64,000 nt of DNA, from NCBI GenBank assembly GCA_003211555.1, contig QCSH01000004.1, forward strand, positions 25,086-89,085, read 5' to 3'. The position numbers and the translations under genes were made by a program. Every line of letters begins with the position of its first letter. Within the stretch, counting starts at the first letter, position 1. Shown here in pieces: positions 52,037 through 63,240 of this stretch. Source of the DNA: Pelagibacteraceae bacterium AG-470-G21 (GTDB lineage Bacteria; Pseudomonadota; Alphaproteobacteria; Pelagibacterales; Pelagibacteraceae). The notes beneath the pieces were generated by a model, which was given only the letters and a program-made list of their open reading frames with translations, had not been told where the DNA came from and ran no database searches.

Positions 52037-55000
52037 TTAATCAACAATTACATTATCAGCCAAATTAAGCGTATTTATTAGCTGATAATCAACTTTTCTT
52101 TTATTTTTTAATCTCAAAGTTAAGTCTTGATGCTTTAAATTTAGAGAAATCTTTATTTCTGTACTCCCGTCTTTTTCGCTTAGATTTTTTAATTTATATG
52201 CATCTATTATATTTTTGAATTCGAATGTTATACTTTTTATTTCTTTATTTATTACATCTTTTAATAAAATTACTTTTTTTACATTAATTCTTTTTTGGGT
52301 TTTATTTTCATCTGTATAATTTTTAATCAAGGTTAACATAAGTGAATTACCCTCTATCAATATTTCTCTATTAATTTCAAAGATATCTGAAAAAATAAAA
52401 AGCTCAAAAACGTTTGTTAAATCAGAAAATTTAACAATCGCATAAGATGTTCCTTTTTGAGTTTTTTTTTCTTGAACTTTAATAACAGTACAGGCAACAT
52501 TTGAACTTAAGATATCTGTTTTATTTTCAAAATCTTCATAATTTATAATATTATATTGCTTGAAAATTGACTTATACTGATTTAGTGGATGATCAGAAAT
52601 ATAAAAACCCAATGTTTCAAATTCTTTTGTAAGTTTTGTATCAAGTATCCAATCATCTATATTTTCTAAAAAATCTACTTCTTTGTTTTCATCAATATTA
52701 AATAAATCTATTTGATTTGCAGATTTATTTTCATGAATATTTTTAGATTTTAATATTATGTTTGGAATAGATTTTAATAATGATTGTCTATTATTTATAA
52801 AATTATCAAATGCCCCAGCTTGTACCAGTCCTTCAAGCTGTAATTTATTAATATCTTTAGGATTTATTCTGTTGATAAAATCTGATAAATTTTTGAAATC
52901 CCCGTTTTTTAATCTCTCTTTTACAACATTAGATATTGCTTCGTAGCCAACATTTTTAATTGCACCAAGGGCATAGTAAAAGTTTTTACCATCTGAAAAA
53001 AAATCAGCATTGGATCTATTAATATGGGGTCTTATTATTGGTATATTAAGTCTTTTTAATTCTTCGTAAAATTCACTTAATTTCTTTTGATTGGATATCT
53101 CCATTGACATAGAGGCAACAAAAAATTCATGAGGATAATGTGTTTTAAGATAAGCAGTTTGATAAGCAATTACAGCATAAGCTGCCGCATGACTTTTATT
53201 AAAGCCGTATTCAGCAAATGGCTCTATTTTTAAAAAAATTCCAGCTGAAATATCTTTACTTATTCCGTTTTTAAAAGCCCCATCTACAAAATTTTGTTTT
53301 TGTTTTTCTAATTCAGATCTTTTTTTCTTACCCATTGCCCTTCTTAAAATGTCAGCCTCTCCAGCTGTAAAACCTGATAAAACTTGAGCGATTTGCATTA
53401 CTTGTTCCTGATATATTATGACACCATAAGTGGGTTTTAAAATTTGCTCTAATTTAGGGTGAAGATAATCTGGCTCTCTTTTTCCATGTTTACATTCGTT
53501 ATAAATAGGAATATTGCTCATAGGACCAGGCCTGTATAATGCAACTAGTGCAATGATATCTTCCAATCTATTAGGTTTCATATTTATTAATGCATCTTTC
53601 ATTCCGGAACTTTCAAGTTGAAATAAACCAACAGTTTTGCCACTTGATAGCAAATCGTAAACTTTAGGATCTTCATAGTTAATTTTTTCTATTTTAAAAT
53701 CAGGGTTAATTTTATTTATAAGTTTTTGAGTTTTATCTATTACAGTAAGTGTCTTTAATCCTAAAAAATCAAATTTTATAAGTCCAGCATTTTCAGCTGA
53801 GTACATATCAAATTGAGTTGAGGGCAATAATAAGTCAGCTGAACTATCTTTATATAATGGAACTGATTCTGTTAACTTTTTATCAGCTATAACTACACCT
53901 GCAGCATGAGTTGCAACGTTACGATTCAAGCCTTCTAATTTTAAGGATAAATTTATTAAACGATCAACTCTTTTGTCTTCTTTAATTAAATTTTGAAGTC
54001 TGGGTTCAATATTTATACATTCTTGTAATGTCATAGGTCTTGAGGGATCAAATGGAATCATTTTACAAATACTATCAATAAAGCCATATGGCAAACCAAG
54101 TACCCTACCTACATCCCTGATCACCATTCTTGCTTTAAGTTTACCAAAAGTAATTATGTGAGCTACGCTATCTTTATATTTGGTTGTTAAATACTCGAAA
54201 ACCTGATCTCTTTTTTCTTCACAAAAATCTATATCAAAATCAGGCATTGAAATTCTATCTGGATTTAAAAAACGCTCAAAAATAAGATTAAATTTAATTG
54301 GATCGATATCAGTTATAGACAAGCAATAAGCAACTAAAGATCCAGCACCAGACCCTCTGCCAGGGCCGACTGGAATTTTATTTTTTTTTGCCCACTTAAT
54401 ATAATCGGATACAATTAAAAAATATCCTGCATAATTCATTTCTATTATAATTTTTATTTCATGGTCTAATCTTTTTTTATACTTTAAATAAATTTCGTTA
54501 CTTTCAATGTTATCTTTTTGGATATTAAAAATTAAATTGCATTTATCTAACAAACCATCAATAGACTCTTTTTTTAACATATCATTTGCATCGCTTTCTG
54601 ATGAGGAAATATTTGGCAAAATAGGCTTAGAGAAATTAGGTTTATAAGAGCACCTAAATGGTAAACTAAAATTATTTTCTAATGCCTCTGGTAAATCTTT
54701 GAACAGATCAATCATTTCATCAGATGATTTGAAATAGTGTTGATCAGTTAATTTCTTTCTATTTACGTCACTAACATAAGTTTTTTCTCCTATACACATT
54801 AATGCATCATGAGCCTCAAACATGTCTCTATCCAAGTAGTAGACCTCGTTTGTCGCGATGATTGGTAGTTCTAATTGTTTTGAAATTTTAAGATTAAATT
54901 TTTCAAAATCTTTCTCGTTCAGATCATTATGTCTTTGAATTTCAATATAAATATTATCACTAAATTTTTCTTTAAGTTTTAAAAGTATTTCCTTAATCTC

Positions 55001-55447
55001 ATTTGTTAAACCATTATTAAAGAGTTTACCAAAAATACATTTAATAGAACCTGTCAGAACTATTATACCATCTTTATTTTCAATCAGATCATCTAAATTG
55101 CATTGAGGATCATTTGTTTCTGAATTTTCTAAATATGATTTTGATGAGAGTTTTATTATGTTCTTATAGCCATCATAATTTTTAGCTATAAGGGGTATTA
55201 AACCACTAAAGTTTTTATATTTAAATACAATTTGAGTTCCAATAATTGGTTGGGTTCCAATTGATGATAAGTTTTCAGAGAACTCTAAGGCTCCTGACAA
55301 ATTATAGGTATCAGACAAACCAAGAGATTTAATTTTATTTTTTTTACAGTAATCTTTTAATTGATCAATTTTTACTGCTCCTTCGCATATGGAATATTGT
55401 GTATGAATTTTAAAATGATTAAAAGTATTATTAAGTGATTCTTTCAT
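52037..55447 (-). CDS. dnaE: DNA polymerase III alpha subunit
   Basis: PHP domain, GPGRGSGAGS, MPDFDIDF, FNKSHA. Confidence 0.97.
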   Translation of the reverse strand: MKESLNNTFNHFKIHTQYSICEGAVKIDQLKDYCKKNKIKSLGLSDTYNLSGALEFSENLSSIGTQPIIGTQIVFKYKNFSGLIPLIAKNYDGYKNIIKLSSKSYLENSETNDPQCNLDDLIENKDGIIVLTGSIKCIFGKLFNNGLTNEIKEILLKLKEKFSDNIYIEIQRHNDLNEKDFEKFNLKISKQLELPIIATNEVYYLDRDMFEAHDALMCIGEKTYVSDVNRKKLTDQHYFKSSDEMIDLFKDLPEALENNFSLPFRCSYKPNFSKPILPNISSSESDANDMLKKESIDGLLDKCNLIFNIQKDNIESNEIYLKYKKRLDHEIKIIIEMNYAGYFLIVSDYIKWAKKNKIPVGPGRGSGAGSLVAYCLSITDIDPIKFNLIFERFLNPDRISMPDFDIDFCEEKRDQVFEYLTTKYKDSVAHIITFGKLKARMVIRDVGRVLGLPYGFIDSICKMIPFDPSRPMTLQECINIEPRLQNLIKEDKRVDRLINLSLKLEGLNRNVATHAAGVVIADKKLTESVPLYKDSSADLLLPSTQFDMYSAENAGLIKFDFLGLKTLTVIDKTQKLINKINPDFKIEKINYEDPKVYDLLSSGKTVGLFQLESSGMKDALINMKPNRLEDIIALVALYRPGPMSNIPIYNECKHGKREPDYLHPKLEQILKPTYGVIIYQEQVMQIAQVLSGFTAGEADILRRAMGKKKRSELEKQKQNFVDGAFKNGISKDISAGIFLKIEPFAEYGFNKSHAAAYAVIAYQTAYLKTHYPHEFFVASMSMEISNQKKLSEFYEELKRLNIPIIRPHINRSNADFFSDGKNFYYALGAIKNVGYEAISNVVKERLKNGDFKNLSDFINRINPKDINKLQLEGLVQAGAFDNFINNRQSLLKSIPNIILKSKNIHENKSANQIDLFNIDENKEVDFLENIDDWILDTKLTKEFETLGFYISDHPLNQYKSIFKQYNIINYEDFENKTDILSSNVACTVIKVQEKKTQKGTSYAIVKFSDLTNVFELFIFSDIFEINREILIEGNSLMLTLIKNYTDENKTQKRINVKKVILLKDVINKEIKSITFEFKNIIDAYKLKNLSEKDGSTEIKISLNLKHQDLTLRLKNKRKVDYQLINTLNLADNVIVD

Positions 55448-56117
55448 TAGCGATACTCATCTTACCACCAATCATTTTAATTTTACAATCTGCCATATTC
55501 GCAAAATATCTATTATGGGTTGCAAAAATTATAATTCTATTTTTATTTTTAAGATTAAACAGTATTTTAAATATTTGTTCTGCGTTTACGAAATCTAGAC
55601 TGCCGGTTGGTTCGTCTGCTAAAATTATGTTTGGCTCATTAATTATAGCGCGAGCTATAGCTATTCTTTGATTCTCACCACCAGAAAGTTCAGAGGGAAA
55701 ATGATTAAATCTCAAGTTTAATCCAAATTGTTTAATCAATTTTTTTGCCAAATCCATTGATTTTTTTTTATCTTTTGTGACTAATAAGCTTGGCAATAAT
55801 ACATTCTCAAGGGCTGTAAAATCTGCAAGTAAATTCTTATCTTGATAAATAATCCCGATATTTTTTGATCTTATACTATCATTTTCAATTGTACTATTAG
55901 TGTCAATTTTTTTATTATTAAATTCAATAAATCCTGATGAAGGAATATCAATTAAAGATAATAAATTGAGCAATGTCGATTTACCTGAGCCTGAAGGACC
56001 AACAATTGAATAAACTTTTCCTGACTCAAATTTAAAGTTTATATTATTTAAAACTTTAAGAGATTTATTTCTCTCATATTTCTTTGATAAATTATTTAAT
56101 TTTAAATAATTATTCAT
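55431..56117 (-). CDS. lolD: Lipoprotein-releasing ABC transporter ATPase
   Basis: [26 protein letters not shown]; follows lolC/E. Confidence 0.88.
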   Translation of the reverse strand: MNNYLKLNNLSKKYERNKSLKVLNNINFKFESGKVYSIVGPSGSGKSTLLNLLSLIDIPSSGFIEFNNKKIDTNSTIENDSIRSKNIGIIYQDKNLLADFTALENVLLPSLLVTKDKKKSMDLAKKLIKQFGLNLRFNHFPSELSGGENQRIAIARAIINEPNIILADEPTGSLDFVNAEQIFKILFNLKNKNRIIIFATHNRYFANMADCKIKMIGGKMSIANERIT

Positions 56118-57321
56118 ATTTTAAGGTTTGTATTGTATCTAATTTTGCTGCTCTAGATGCTGGGTATATTGATACAATTGAAGTAGTTATTATTGAGCAT
56201 AGAGCAATTAAGATAATCGAATTAATATTTATTTCCGTTGGGAGAGTGCTTAAAAAATAAATTTCTTCTGGGAATAATGTAATATCAAACGAATTAGAAA
56301 TAAATTTCCTAATATCCTCTATATAGTATGAAAATAAAGACCCTAATAAAATTCCAAATAAAGTTGCTGAAGTTCCAATAATAAATCCAACAAAGAAAAA
56401 AATTTTTTTAATAGAATTATTGGATACTCCAATTGATTTTAGAATTCCTATATCTCTAGTTTTATTTTTAACTAATATAGTTAAACCAGATATGATATTA
56501 AAAGCAGCTACAATTATTATCAAAGATAATATTATAAACATCACATTTCTTTCGACTTTTAAAGCCGAAAATAAAGATTCATTTAAATCTGCCCATGTGT
56601 AAACATAAGCGCCAGGAAATAATTCTAATAAATTTTTTTTATAATATTCAATATTTTTTGGATCTTTAAAATAGTATTCAATAAATCTTTTGTTTTTATT
56701 TTTATCAAAAAAATCCTCTAAGGTATTAAGATTAATATATGCTACATTTTCATTAAATTCGCCTATTCCACTATCAAATACAGATATTACTTCAAATTTA
56801 TCTTGTTTTGGGAAAGAACCAATAATAGTTTGAACTCCTGAGGGAGACATAATTGTTATTTGATCGCCGATATCTATATTAAGTAAGAAGCTTAAATCTT
56901 TTCCAATCGAAATTAAATTTTTTTTTAAATTTTTTGATCCAAAAAATTTTTTGTTATTTGAAATTTCTAAATTTTTAAAATCGTTGTTTAAGTATCCTTT
57001 TAATAGAATACCTTTTGCGTTTTGTTTAGAAAGAATAACAGCCTCTCCATCATTTGAAACTATACGTTGAGCAAAATCTTTATCATTTAAAAAAACTAAG
57101 GGTTTATCGAAGGGTTTTATTACAGCATGTGCATTAAAACCTACAATTTTATTTATTAACTCTGTTCTAAAACCGTTCATTACTGACATAACAATTATTA
57201 AGACAGCTACACCTAAGCCTATACCAATAAAAGAAAAGATAGAAATTACATTTAAAAAGCCATCTTTTTTTCTAGCTTTTAAAAATCTAAATATAATTTC
57301 TTTTTCTAGTTGTGAAATCAA
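56110..57321 (-). CDS. lolC: Lipoprotein-releasing ABC transporter permease LolC/E
   Basis: LIIVMSVMNGF, VAAFNII, YPASRAA. Confidence 0.88.
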   Translation of the reverse strand: MISQLEKEIIFRFLKARKKDGFLNVISIFSFIGIGLGVAVLIIVMSVMNGFRTELINKIVGFNAHAVIKPFDKPLVFLNDKDFAQRIVSNDGEAVILSKQNAKGILLKGYLNNDFKNLEISNNKKFFGSKNLKKNLISIGKDLSFLLNIDIGDQITIMSPSGVQTIIGSFPKQDKFEVISVFDSGIGEFNENVAYINLNTLEDFFDKNKNKRFIEYYFKDPKNIEYYKKNLLELFPGAYVYTWADLNESLFSALKVERNVMFIILSLIIIVAAFNIISGLTILVKNKTRDIGILKSIGVSNNSIKKIFFFVGFIIGTSATLFGILLGSLFSYYIEDIRKFISNSFDITLFPEEIYFLSTLPTEININSIILIALCSIITTSIVSIYPASRAAKLDTIQTLKYE

Positions 57322-58646
57322 TTTTGTTTAGCTTTTATAATTTGTGAAGCTATATCTTCAACTTTTAATTTTTGAGTTTCTCCATCAACTTCTTTAAACT
57401 CATACAAACTTCCATCTGATTTGCTGCCAATTATCAGCTGATACGGTATTCCAATTAGGTTGAATTTTTTGATTTTAGCTGAGATATTTTCGTCCGTATC
57501 ATCTATAATTGAATCAATATTTTTTGATTTTAGAAATTCATATATTTTAATAGACTTTTCTAAATTAGATTTATCATTTTTATTTATCATTGGAATAATT
57601 GCACAATCATAAGGTGTCACTGACATGGGCCACTTCATTATTCCCTCAATATCGTTATATTTTGCTTCAATTATGGCACCAACTAGTCGAGAAACTCCTA
57701 TTCCGTATGATCCCATTTTAACAAATTCTTTTTTTCCATTAAAATCAACAGCTGCTTTCATTGGTTTTGAGTATTTGTCTCCAAAATAAAATATGTGACC
57801 AACTTCAATGCCTTTTGTATTCACTCTAAATTCTATTGGAACAGACTTTTCAAATTCATCTTTATTATATTTTTCATCTGTCACAGAATAAAAATTTTCA
57901 TATTGTTCTCTCAACTTAACTAAAGATTCTTTATCAAGAATTGTTTTTGAGCTGTCTACATCAAAAATTCTTTTATCTGTATAAATTTTACTTTCACCTG
58001 TATCAGCAAGAATAATAAATTCATGGGATAAATTTCCTCCTATAGGTCCAGTATCAGCTGCCATAGGTATTGCAGATAGATTTAGTCTTTTGAATGTTTT
58101 TAAATATGAGAGAAAAAATTTATTGTATGAAAAGATTGCATCTTCATCTGTTAAATCAAATGAGTAAGCGTCCTTCATATAAAATTCTCTACATCTCATA
58201 ATTCCAAATCTTGGCCTTAACTCATCTCTAAATTTCCACTGAATATGATATAATAATTGAGGTAAAGATTTATATGATTTAAAGGATGATCTAAAGATTT
58301 CTGTTACAAGTTCTTCATTTGTAGGGCCATAAAGCATTTCTCTATTTTGACGATCTTTAATTCTTAACATTTCCTCTCCATAATCTTCGTATCGCCCACT
58401 TTCCTTCCAAATTTCTGATGATTGAATTGTGGGCATTAATATTTCTTGAACACCAACTCGGTCTTGCTCCTCTCGAACAATTTGCTCTATTTTTTTCATA
58501 ACTTTAAAACCAAGTGGTAACCAAGAGTAAATTCCTGCGGAGGATTGTTTAATCATACCCACCCTTAACATTAATTGATGAGATTTAATTTTAGCTTCAG
58601 ATGGGTTATTTTTTAATATCGGTATAAATGATTTTGAAAAATACAT
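57318..58646 (-). CDS. proS: Proline--tRNA ligase (short form without editing domain)
   Basis: GPTNEE, FRDELRPRFG, GIEVGHIF, GSYGIGVSR. Confidence 0.96.
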   Translation of the reverse strand: MYFSKSFIPILKNNPSEAKIKSHQLMLRVGMIKQSSAGIYSWLPLGFKVMKKIEQIVREEQDRVGVQEILMPTIQSSEIWKESGRYEDYGEEMLRIKDRQNREMLYGPTNEELVTEIFRSSFKSYKSLPQLLYHIQWKFRDELRPRFGIMRCREFYMKDAYSFDLTDEDAIFSYNKFFLSYLKTFKRLNLSAIPMAADTGPIGGNLSHEFIILADTGESKIYTDKRIFDVDSSKTILDKESLVKLREQYENFYSVTDEKYNKDEFEKSVPIEFRVNTKGIEVGHIFYFGDKYSKPMKAAVDFNGKKEFVKMGSYGIGVSRLVGAIIEAKYNDIEGIMKWPMSVTPYDCAIIPMINKNDKSNLEKSIKIYEFLKSKNIDSIIDDTDENISAKIKKFNLIGIPYQLIIGSKSDGSLYEFKEVDGETQKLKVEDIASQIIKAKQN

Positions 58647-58891
58647 TAATTTAAAAAGTTACGTAAATTTAAAATTTCATAAATTACTAATAGATATATA
58701 ACTATAAAAATAACAGATGTAATTAAAGTACAATAAATTATTTTTTTGCTTATTTTTGGATTTTCTGGTGCCCCAGGGTCTACTCCCTCTATATTTCCCT
58801 TTTTTTCACGATTAACATCAATAGGAAGAATGGCAAAGAAAACTATCCACCACAAGCACACATATACAACTATGGAGCCTGTTATACTCAA
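58646..58891 (-). CDS. DUF1467-like small membrane protein
   Basis: WWIVFFAILP...DPGAPENP; conserved alphaproteobacterial position before proS. Confidence 0.75.
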   Translation of the reverse strand: MSITGSIVVYVCLWWIVFFAILPIDVNREKKGNIEGVDPGAPENPKISKKIIYCTLITSVIFIVIYLLVIYEILNLRNFLN

Positions 58892-60550
58892 TTAAATCCT
58901 CACTAAATTTATGTTCGTGTAAGGTTTTTTTCCTATTTTTTCTTTAGTATATTTTCTACAAGTTATTTTAAGTGCATCGATTAAATTTGATTCTTGTTTT
59001 TTATTATTTAAAGAAAAAGATTTTGCTGTTTTTTCAATTTTTTCCTCAAGATTAAAAGTGAATTCATCCTTTTCGTAAATCGGCAATCCTCTAAATGTCA
59101 ATAAAGGTTTATTATGAATATTGCCGTTTGCTGTAATAATCAATGTAGCCTCTATCAATCCATTAGAGGATAAATTTTTTCTTTCCTTAATAGATTTGGC
59201 ATCTTCTTCAACACTTATAGATCCATCAACGTAAAGTCTACCACTCGGAGCTTTATCATATACTTCGGGTTTTTCTCCTGGATAAATTTTAACAATATCA
59301 CCGTTTTCTACTCTTACAGGATAAGGAACTTGCATTTCTTTAGCAAAATTAATGTGTTCAATCATATGTCTATGTTCACCATGAACGGGTATTACAGATT
59401 TTGGTTTTATCCAGTCGTACATATCCTTTAAATCCTCCCTATTAGGATGTCCTGATACGTGAATAAATTCGCTATCTTCTGAAATTACTTCTATGCCTTC
59501 TCTAACTAATTGATTGTGAAGTTTGTATAATTTTTTCTCATTACCAGGAATAATTTTTGAAGAAAATACAACTGCATCTCCTCTTTCAACAAAAACATCT
59601 GGGTGTGTATAATTTGAAATACGAGTCATTGCACCCATTGGCTCTCCTTGACTACCTGTGCATAAATAAACAATTTTTTCTCTTGAAATATTCCTAGCGT
59701 CTCTTGCATCAAGCGGTTCTATAACATTTTGTAGATAACCGCACTGCCTAGCAGCTTTATAAATTCTATGCATTGATCGGCCCACCAAAGCAATTTGCCT
59801 ACCTGTTTTTTCGGCACAATAAAAGGCTGACTCCATTCTAGCTACATTTGAGGCGAAAGATGTAATAATTACTCTTTTTTTCAATCTTTCCATTATCTTT
59901 AACATATTTTTTCTTACATCAAGCTCAGATCCTGCTCTACCTGCACTAAATACATTTGTAGAGTCACATATCATTGTTAAAACACCTTCTTCACCAATTT
60001 CCTTAAGTCTTTTTGAATTCATGTTATCTCCAGTTAATGGATCTGGATCACACTTCCAATCACCTGTATGTAATATATTCCCGACAGGTGTTTCAATTTT
60101 TAGACCATTAGGCTCTAATATAGAATGTGTAAGTGTTACAAATTCTATTTTAAAAGGATTTAAATCTATTATGCTATTTAATTGAACAATTTCAAGATAT
60201 CCGGTTATATCTATTTTCTTTTCCTTAAATTTTTCTGAAATTAACACTGATGTAAATGGAGTAGCAAATATTTTACATTTTAGTTTTGGCCATATATGTG
60301 CAATCGCACCAATGTGATCTTCATGTGCATGGGTTAGTACAATACCTAATAAATCATCTTTTTTATCAACTATAAATCCGGGATCAGGATATATTAAATC
60401 AACTCCAGGAATTGCATCATCTGCAAAGGTTACTCCTATATCTACAATTATCCATTTTCTATTATCTGGACTTCCATAGGCGAATAAATTCATATTCATC
60501 CCTATTTCTCCAGAGCCACCTAAAGGGCAAAAAATTAATTCTTCTTTCAT
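58892..60550 (-). CDS. rnj: Ribonuclease J
   Basis: PLGGSGEIGMN, THAHEDHIG, HVSGH, PVHGE. Confidence 0.95.
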   Translation of the reverse strand: MKEELIFCPLGGSGEIGMNMNLFAYGSPDNRKWIIVDIGVTFADDAIPGVDLIYPDPGFIVDKKDDLLGIVLTHAHEDHIGAIAHIWPKLKCKIFATPFTSVLISEKFKEKKIDITGYLEIVQLNSIIDLNPFKIEFVTLTHSILEPNGLKIETPVGNILHTGDWKCDPDPLTGDNMNSKRLKEIGEEGVLTMICDSTNVFSAGRAGSELDVRKNMLKIMERLKKRVIITSFASNVARMESAFYCAEKTGRQIALVGRSMHRIYKAARQCGYLQNVIEPLDARDARNISREKIVYLCTGSQGEPMGAMTRISNYTHPDVFVERGDAVVFSSKIIPGNEKKLYKLHNQLVREGIEVISEDSEFIHVSGHPNREDLKDMYDWIKPKSVIPVHGEHRHMIEHINFAKEMQVPYPVRVENGDIVKIYPGEKPEVYDKAPSGRLYVDGSISVEEDAKSIKERKNLSSNGLIEATLIITANGNIHNKPLLTFRGLPIYEKDEFTFNLEEKIEKTAKSFSLNNKKQESNLIDALKITCRKYTKEKIGKKPYTNINLVRI

Positions 60551-61314
60551 TTATTTGAATACATAGCTGCTTTTAAAACCCCATCAGTTGTTAAATTAGA
60601 TTTTATATGGATTTTAAGTTTTAGTTTTAGTTTCAATGAATTTTTAAACATTTCTGCAAGTCCACCAGTAAATATAATTTTATATTTTTTTTTGCTTTGT
60701 TTAATAATGGAATGAATTATATTGTCAATCAGACCAGTATAACCAAAGAAAAATCCCGAATTAATTGCACTTATAGTGTTTTTGCCAATCACATTATTTG
60801 ATTTTTTAAATTTTATATTAGGAATTAAAGAAGCTTTTTTTGACAAATTATCTAATGATAAATTTATTCCTGGAGCGATAACACCACCATTATAACAATT
60901 TGTTGTGATTACATCAAAATTAGTAGCTGTTCCAAAATCTACTACAATATAATTATTTTTATTGTCAATTATTGATATTGCATTAGCTAATCTATCTGAA
61001 CCAATTTGTTTTCTATCAACCTTGATGTTTAATAATTTATTTAAATTAAGATTTTTTAATTCATTACAGTTAGTATTAAAATATAATTTAAAATAATTTC
61101 TAATTTTCTTATAACAGCTAGGTACTACTGAACAGAATAAAATTTGTTTTAAATTTTTGTCGTATTTTCTTAGAGTATTTAAATTTTTTTTTAAATATTT
61201 CAAATTTACTTTATCAGTGGTAAGTCTGATTTTTTTAATAATAGTTTTGTGCTTATAAATACAGATTTTTACATTTGTATTTCCTATATCCCCAATAATA
61301 TATAATTCATGCAT
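60547..61314 (-). CDS. coaX: Type III pantothenate kinase
   Basis: DIGNT, GSDR, VDFGTATNFD, TGG. Start placed at ATG 61314. Confidence 0.92.
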   Translation of the reverse strand: MHELYIIGDIGNTNVKICIYKHKTIIKKIRLTTDKVNLKYLKKNLNTLRKYDKNLKQILFCSVVPSCYKKIRNYFKLYFNTNCNELKNLNLNKLLNIKVDRKQIGSDRLANAISIIDNKNNYIVVDFGTATNFDVITTNCYNGGVIAPGINLSLDNLSKKASLIPNIKFKKSNNVIGKNTISAINSGFFFGYTGLIDNIIHSIIKQSKKKYKIIFTGGLAEMFKNSLKLKLKLKIHIKSNLTTDGVLKAAMYSNK

Positions 61315-61825
61315 AATAAGAATATTTATTTTCAAATTTATTTTTTATAAAATGCACCATTTTGGATCTATTAATTTTATTATTATATTTGTTTATATAA
61401 GTAGTTTCGTATTCTTTTAATTTTGGACTACTATTTATATTAATCCCTACTCCAATAATTAAAAATTTAATCTCATCCTTATAAATAATTTCTTGAAGAA
61501 TTCCGCATACTTTTTTATTCATTATTTCTAAATCATTTGGTAGTTTAAGATTGATTTTATGTGGAATAATATTCGTCAAAATATTTTTAATTATCTTAAC
61601 ATTTATTAATGTAGTTTTATTTAAATTTAATCTTTTGCTTATTGGAAAAAATATTGAAATAAAAAGATTTCCTTTTTTAGATATCCATTTTTTCCCTCTT
61701 TGTCCTTTTCCGTTAGTTTGAACATCACTAATAACTATACCTTGTTTAATATTTTTTTTGATTAATCTTATTGCTGTATCATTTGTGCTTTTAACACCTT
61801 TGTAGGAGTATATTTTGAGTTTCAT
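61307..61825 (-). CDS. birA: Biotin protein ligase (catalytic domain only)
   Basis: STND, QTNGKGQRGKKW, KLPND, KKVCGIL, GVGIN. Confidence 0.88.
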   Translation of the reverse strand: MKLKIYSYKGVKSTNDTAIRLIKKNIKQGIVISDVQTNGKGQRGKKWISKKGNLFISIFFPISKRLNLNKTTLINVKIIKNILTNIIPHKINLKLPNDLEIMNKKVCGILQEIIYKDEIKFLIIGVGININSSPKLKEYETTYINKYNNKINRSKMVHFIKNKFENKYSYYA

Positions 61826-63240
61826 TAATTAATCTTTATTTGAGAAATCATGTCTACTATTCCACTTGGATATACAAAGTAAGCAAGAATAAAAAAAGTA
61901 GATGCAGCAAGTGTCAATTTTAATCCTATATTATGTTTGGACTCGAATTTTTCTTTTTCTGGATCGAAATATATAATTTTGATTATCCTTAAATAATAAT
62001 AAGCAGCTATCACTGTTGCTAACAATCCAACTATTGCTAAAAAATACATTTTTTCATTTATTACAGCTACAAAAATATAAAATTTTGCAAAAAATCCAGC
62101 CAGTGGAGGTATTCCTGCTAAAGAAAATAATACAACCAGCAACGATAGTGAAAGTAATGGATGATTTTTTGAGAGTCCTGATAAATCATCTATGTTCTCA
62201 TAATATTTGTCATTTCGCTTAAGCATAAATAAACAGCTAAAAAATGCTAAATTCATAACAAGATAAATTGTTATATATATAATAGAACTCTGAGCACCTT
62301 GTGTTGTTCCTGTAGATAAACCTGCAAGAGCGTATCCCATATGACTAATTGAACTATATGCAATTAGTCTTTTAAGATTTTTTTGACCAATTGCCGCTAC
62401 AGCTCCAAATACCATTGATGCGATAGATAAAAATATAATTATCATTTGCCACTGATCACCTAATTCATAAAAAGGAATATATAAAAATCTAATAAATACT
62501 GTTAATGCGGCAATTTTTGGAAGTAATGCAAAAAATACTGTTACTGATGTTGGTGAGCCTTGATAAACATCTGGTGCCCACATATGGAAAGGAACAGCAG
62601 AAATTTTAAAAGCTAATCCTACTAAAATAAATACTATTCCAAAAGTTAATCCATATTCTACATCTTTTGTATTAATCATAATTTGATTAAAATTAGTCGT
62701 TTCTGAGAAGCCGTAAATTAGTGAACACCCATATAATAAAAGTCCAGATGAAAGAGCACTTAAGACAAAATATTTTAATCCAGACTCTGTTGATAATAAA
62801 TTATCTCTATTAAAAGATGCTAATACATATAAAGCTAATGATTGCAATTCTAATCCCATATAAAATACAATAAGATCGTTTGAGCTGATCATAACCATCA
62901 TCCCAAGAATTGAGCATAAAATAAGAATTGGGTATTCAATTTTACTAATTTTACTAATCTGAATATATTTTGATGAAGACAACATTACAAAAATTCCAGA
63001 TAAAATTAAAAGAATTTTCATAAATCTAGCTAAATTGTCTATGTTGTAGCTGTTATTAAATAATGATGACTGAATTTGTGGGTCCAAATTTATTATTAAA
63101 GCTAAAGTAGAAATTAAACTTACTGTTGTTAAATTATAAACTATTCGATCACTATTTTTTTTAAACACACCAAAAATTAATAAAAACATTATCATAATTG
63201 ATATAAATAATTCTGGTATTATAAGTTGTAGATTTTCCAT
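61825..63240 (-). CDS. nuoN: NADH-quinone oxidoreductase subunit N
   Basis: ESGLKYF, FKISAVPFHMWAPDVY, AGIPPLAGF. Confidence 0.96.
   Translation of the reverse strand: MENLQLIIPELFISIMIMFLLIFGVFKKNSDRIVYNLTTVSLISTLALIINLDPQIQSSLFNNSYNIDNLARFMKILLILSGIFVMLSSSKYIQISKISKIEYPILILCSILGMMVMISSNDLIVFYMGLELQSLALYVLASFNRDNLLSTESGLKYFVLSALSSGLLLYGCSLIYGFSETTNFNQIMINTKDVEYGLTFGIVFILVGLAFKISAVPFHMWAPDVYQGSPTSVTVFFALLPKIAALTVFIRFLYIPFYELGDQWQMIIIFLSIASMVFGAVAAIGQKNLKRLIAYSSISHMGYALAGLSTGTTQGAQSSIIYITIYLVMNLAFFSCLFMLKRNDKYYENIDDLSGLSKNHPLLSLSLLVVLFSLAGIPPLAGFFAKFYIFVAVINEKMYFLAIVGLLATVIAAYYYLRIIKIIYFDPEKEKFESKHNIGLKLTLAASTFFILAYFVYPSGIVDMISQIKIN

Noticed and set aside
2237-62222. Numerous 60-130 aa antisense or alternate-frame ORFs in the track (e.g. 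2237-2560, 14828-15130, 15500-15895, 34382-34702, 42699-42995, 50776-51081)
   Set aside because: All lie within well-supported genes, lack motifs or RBS, and have antisense-type composition.
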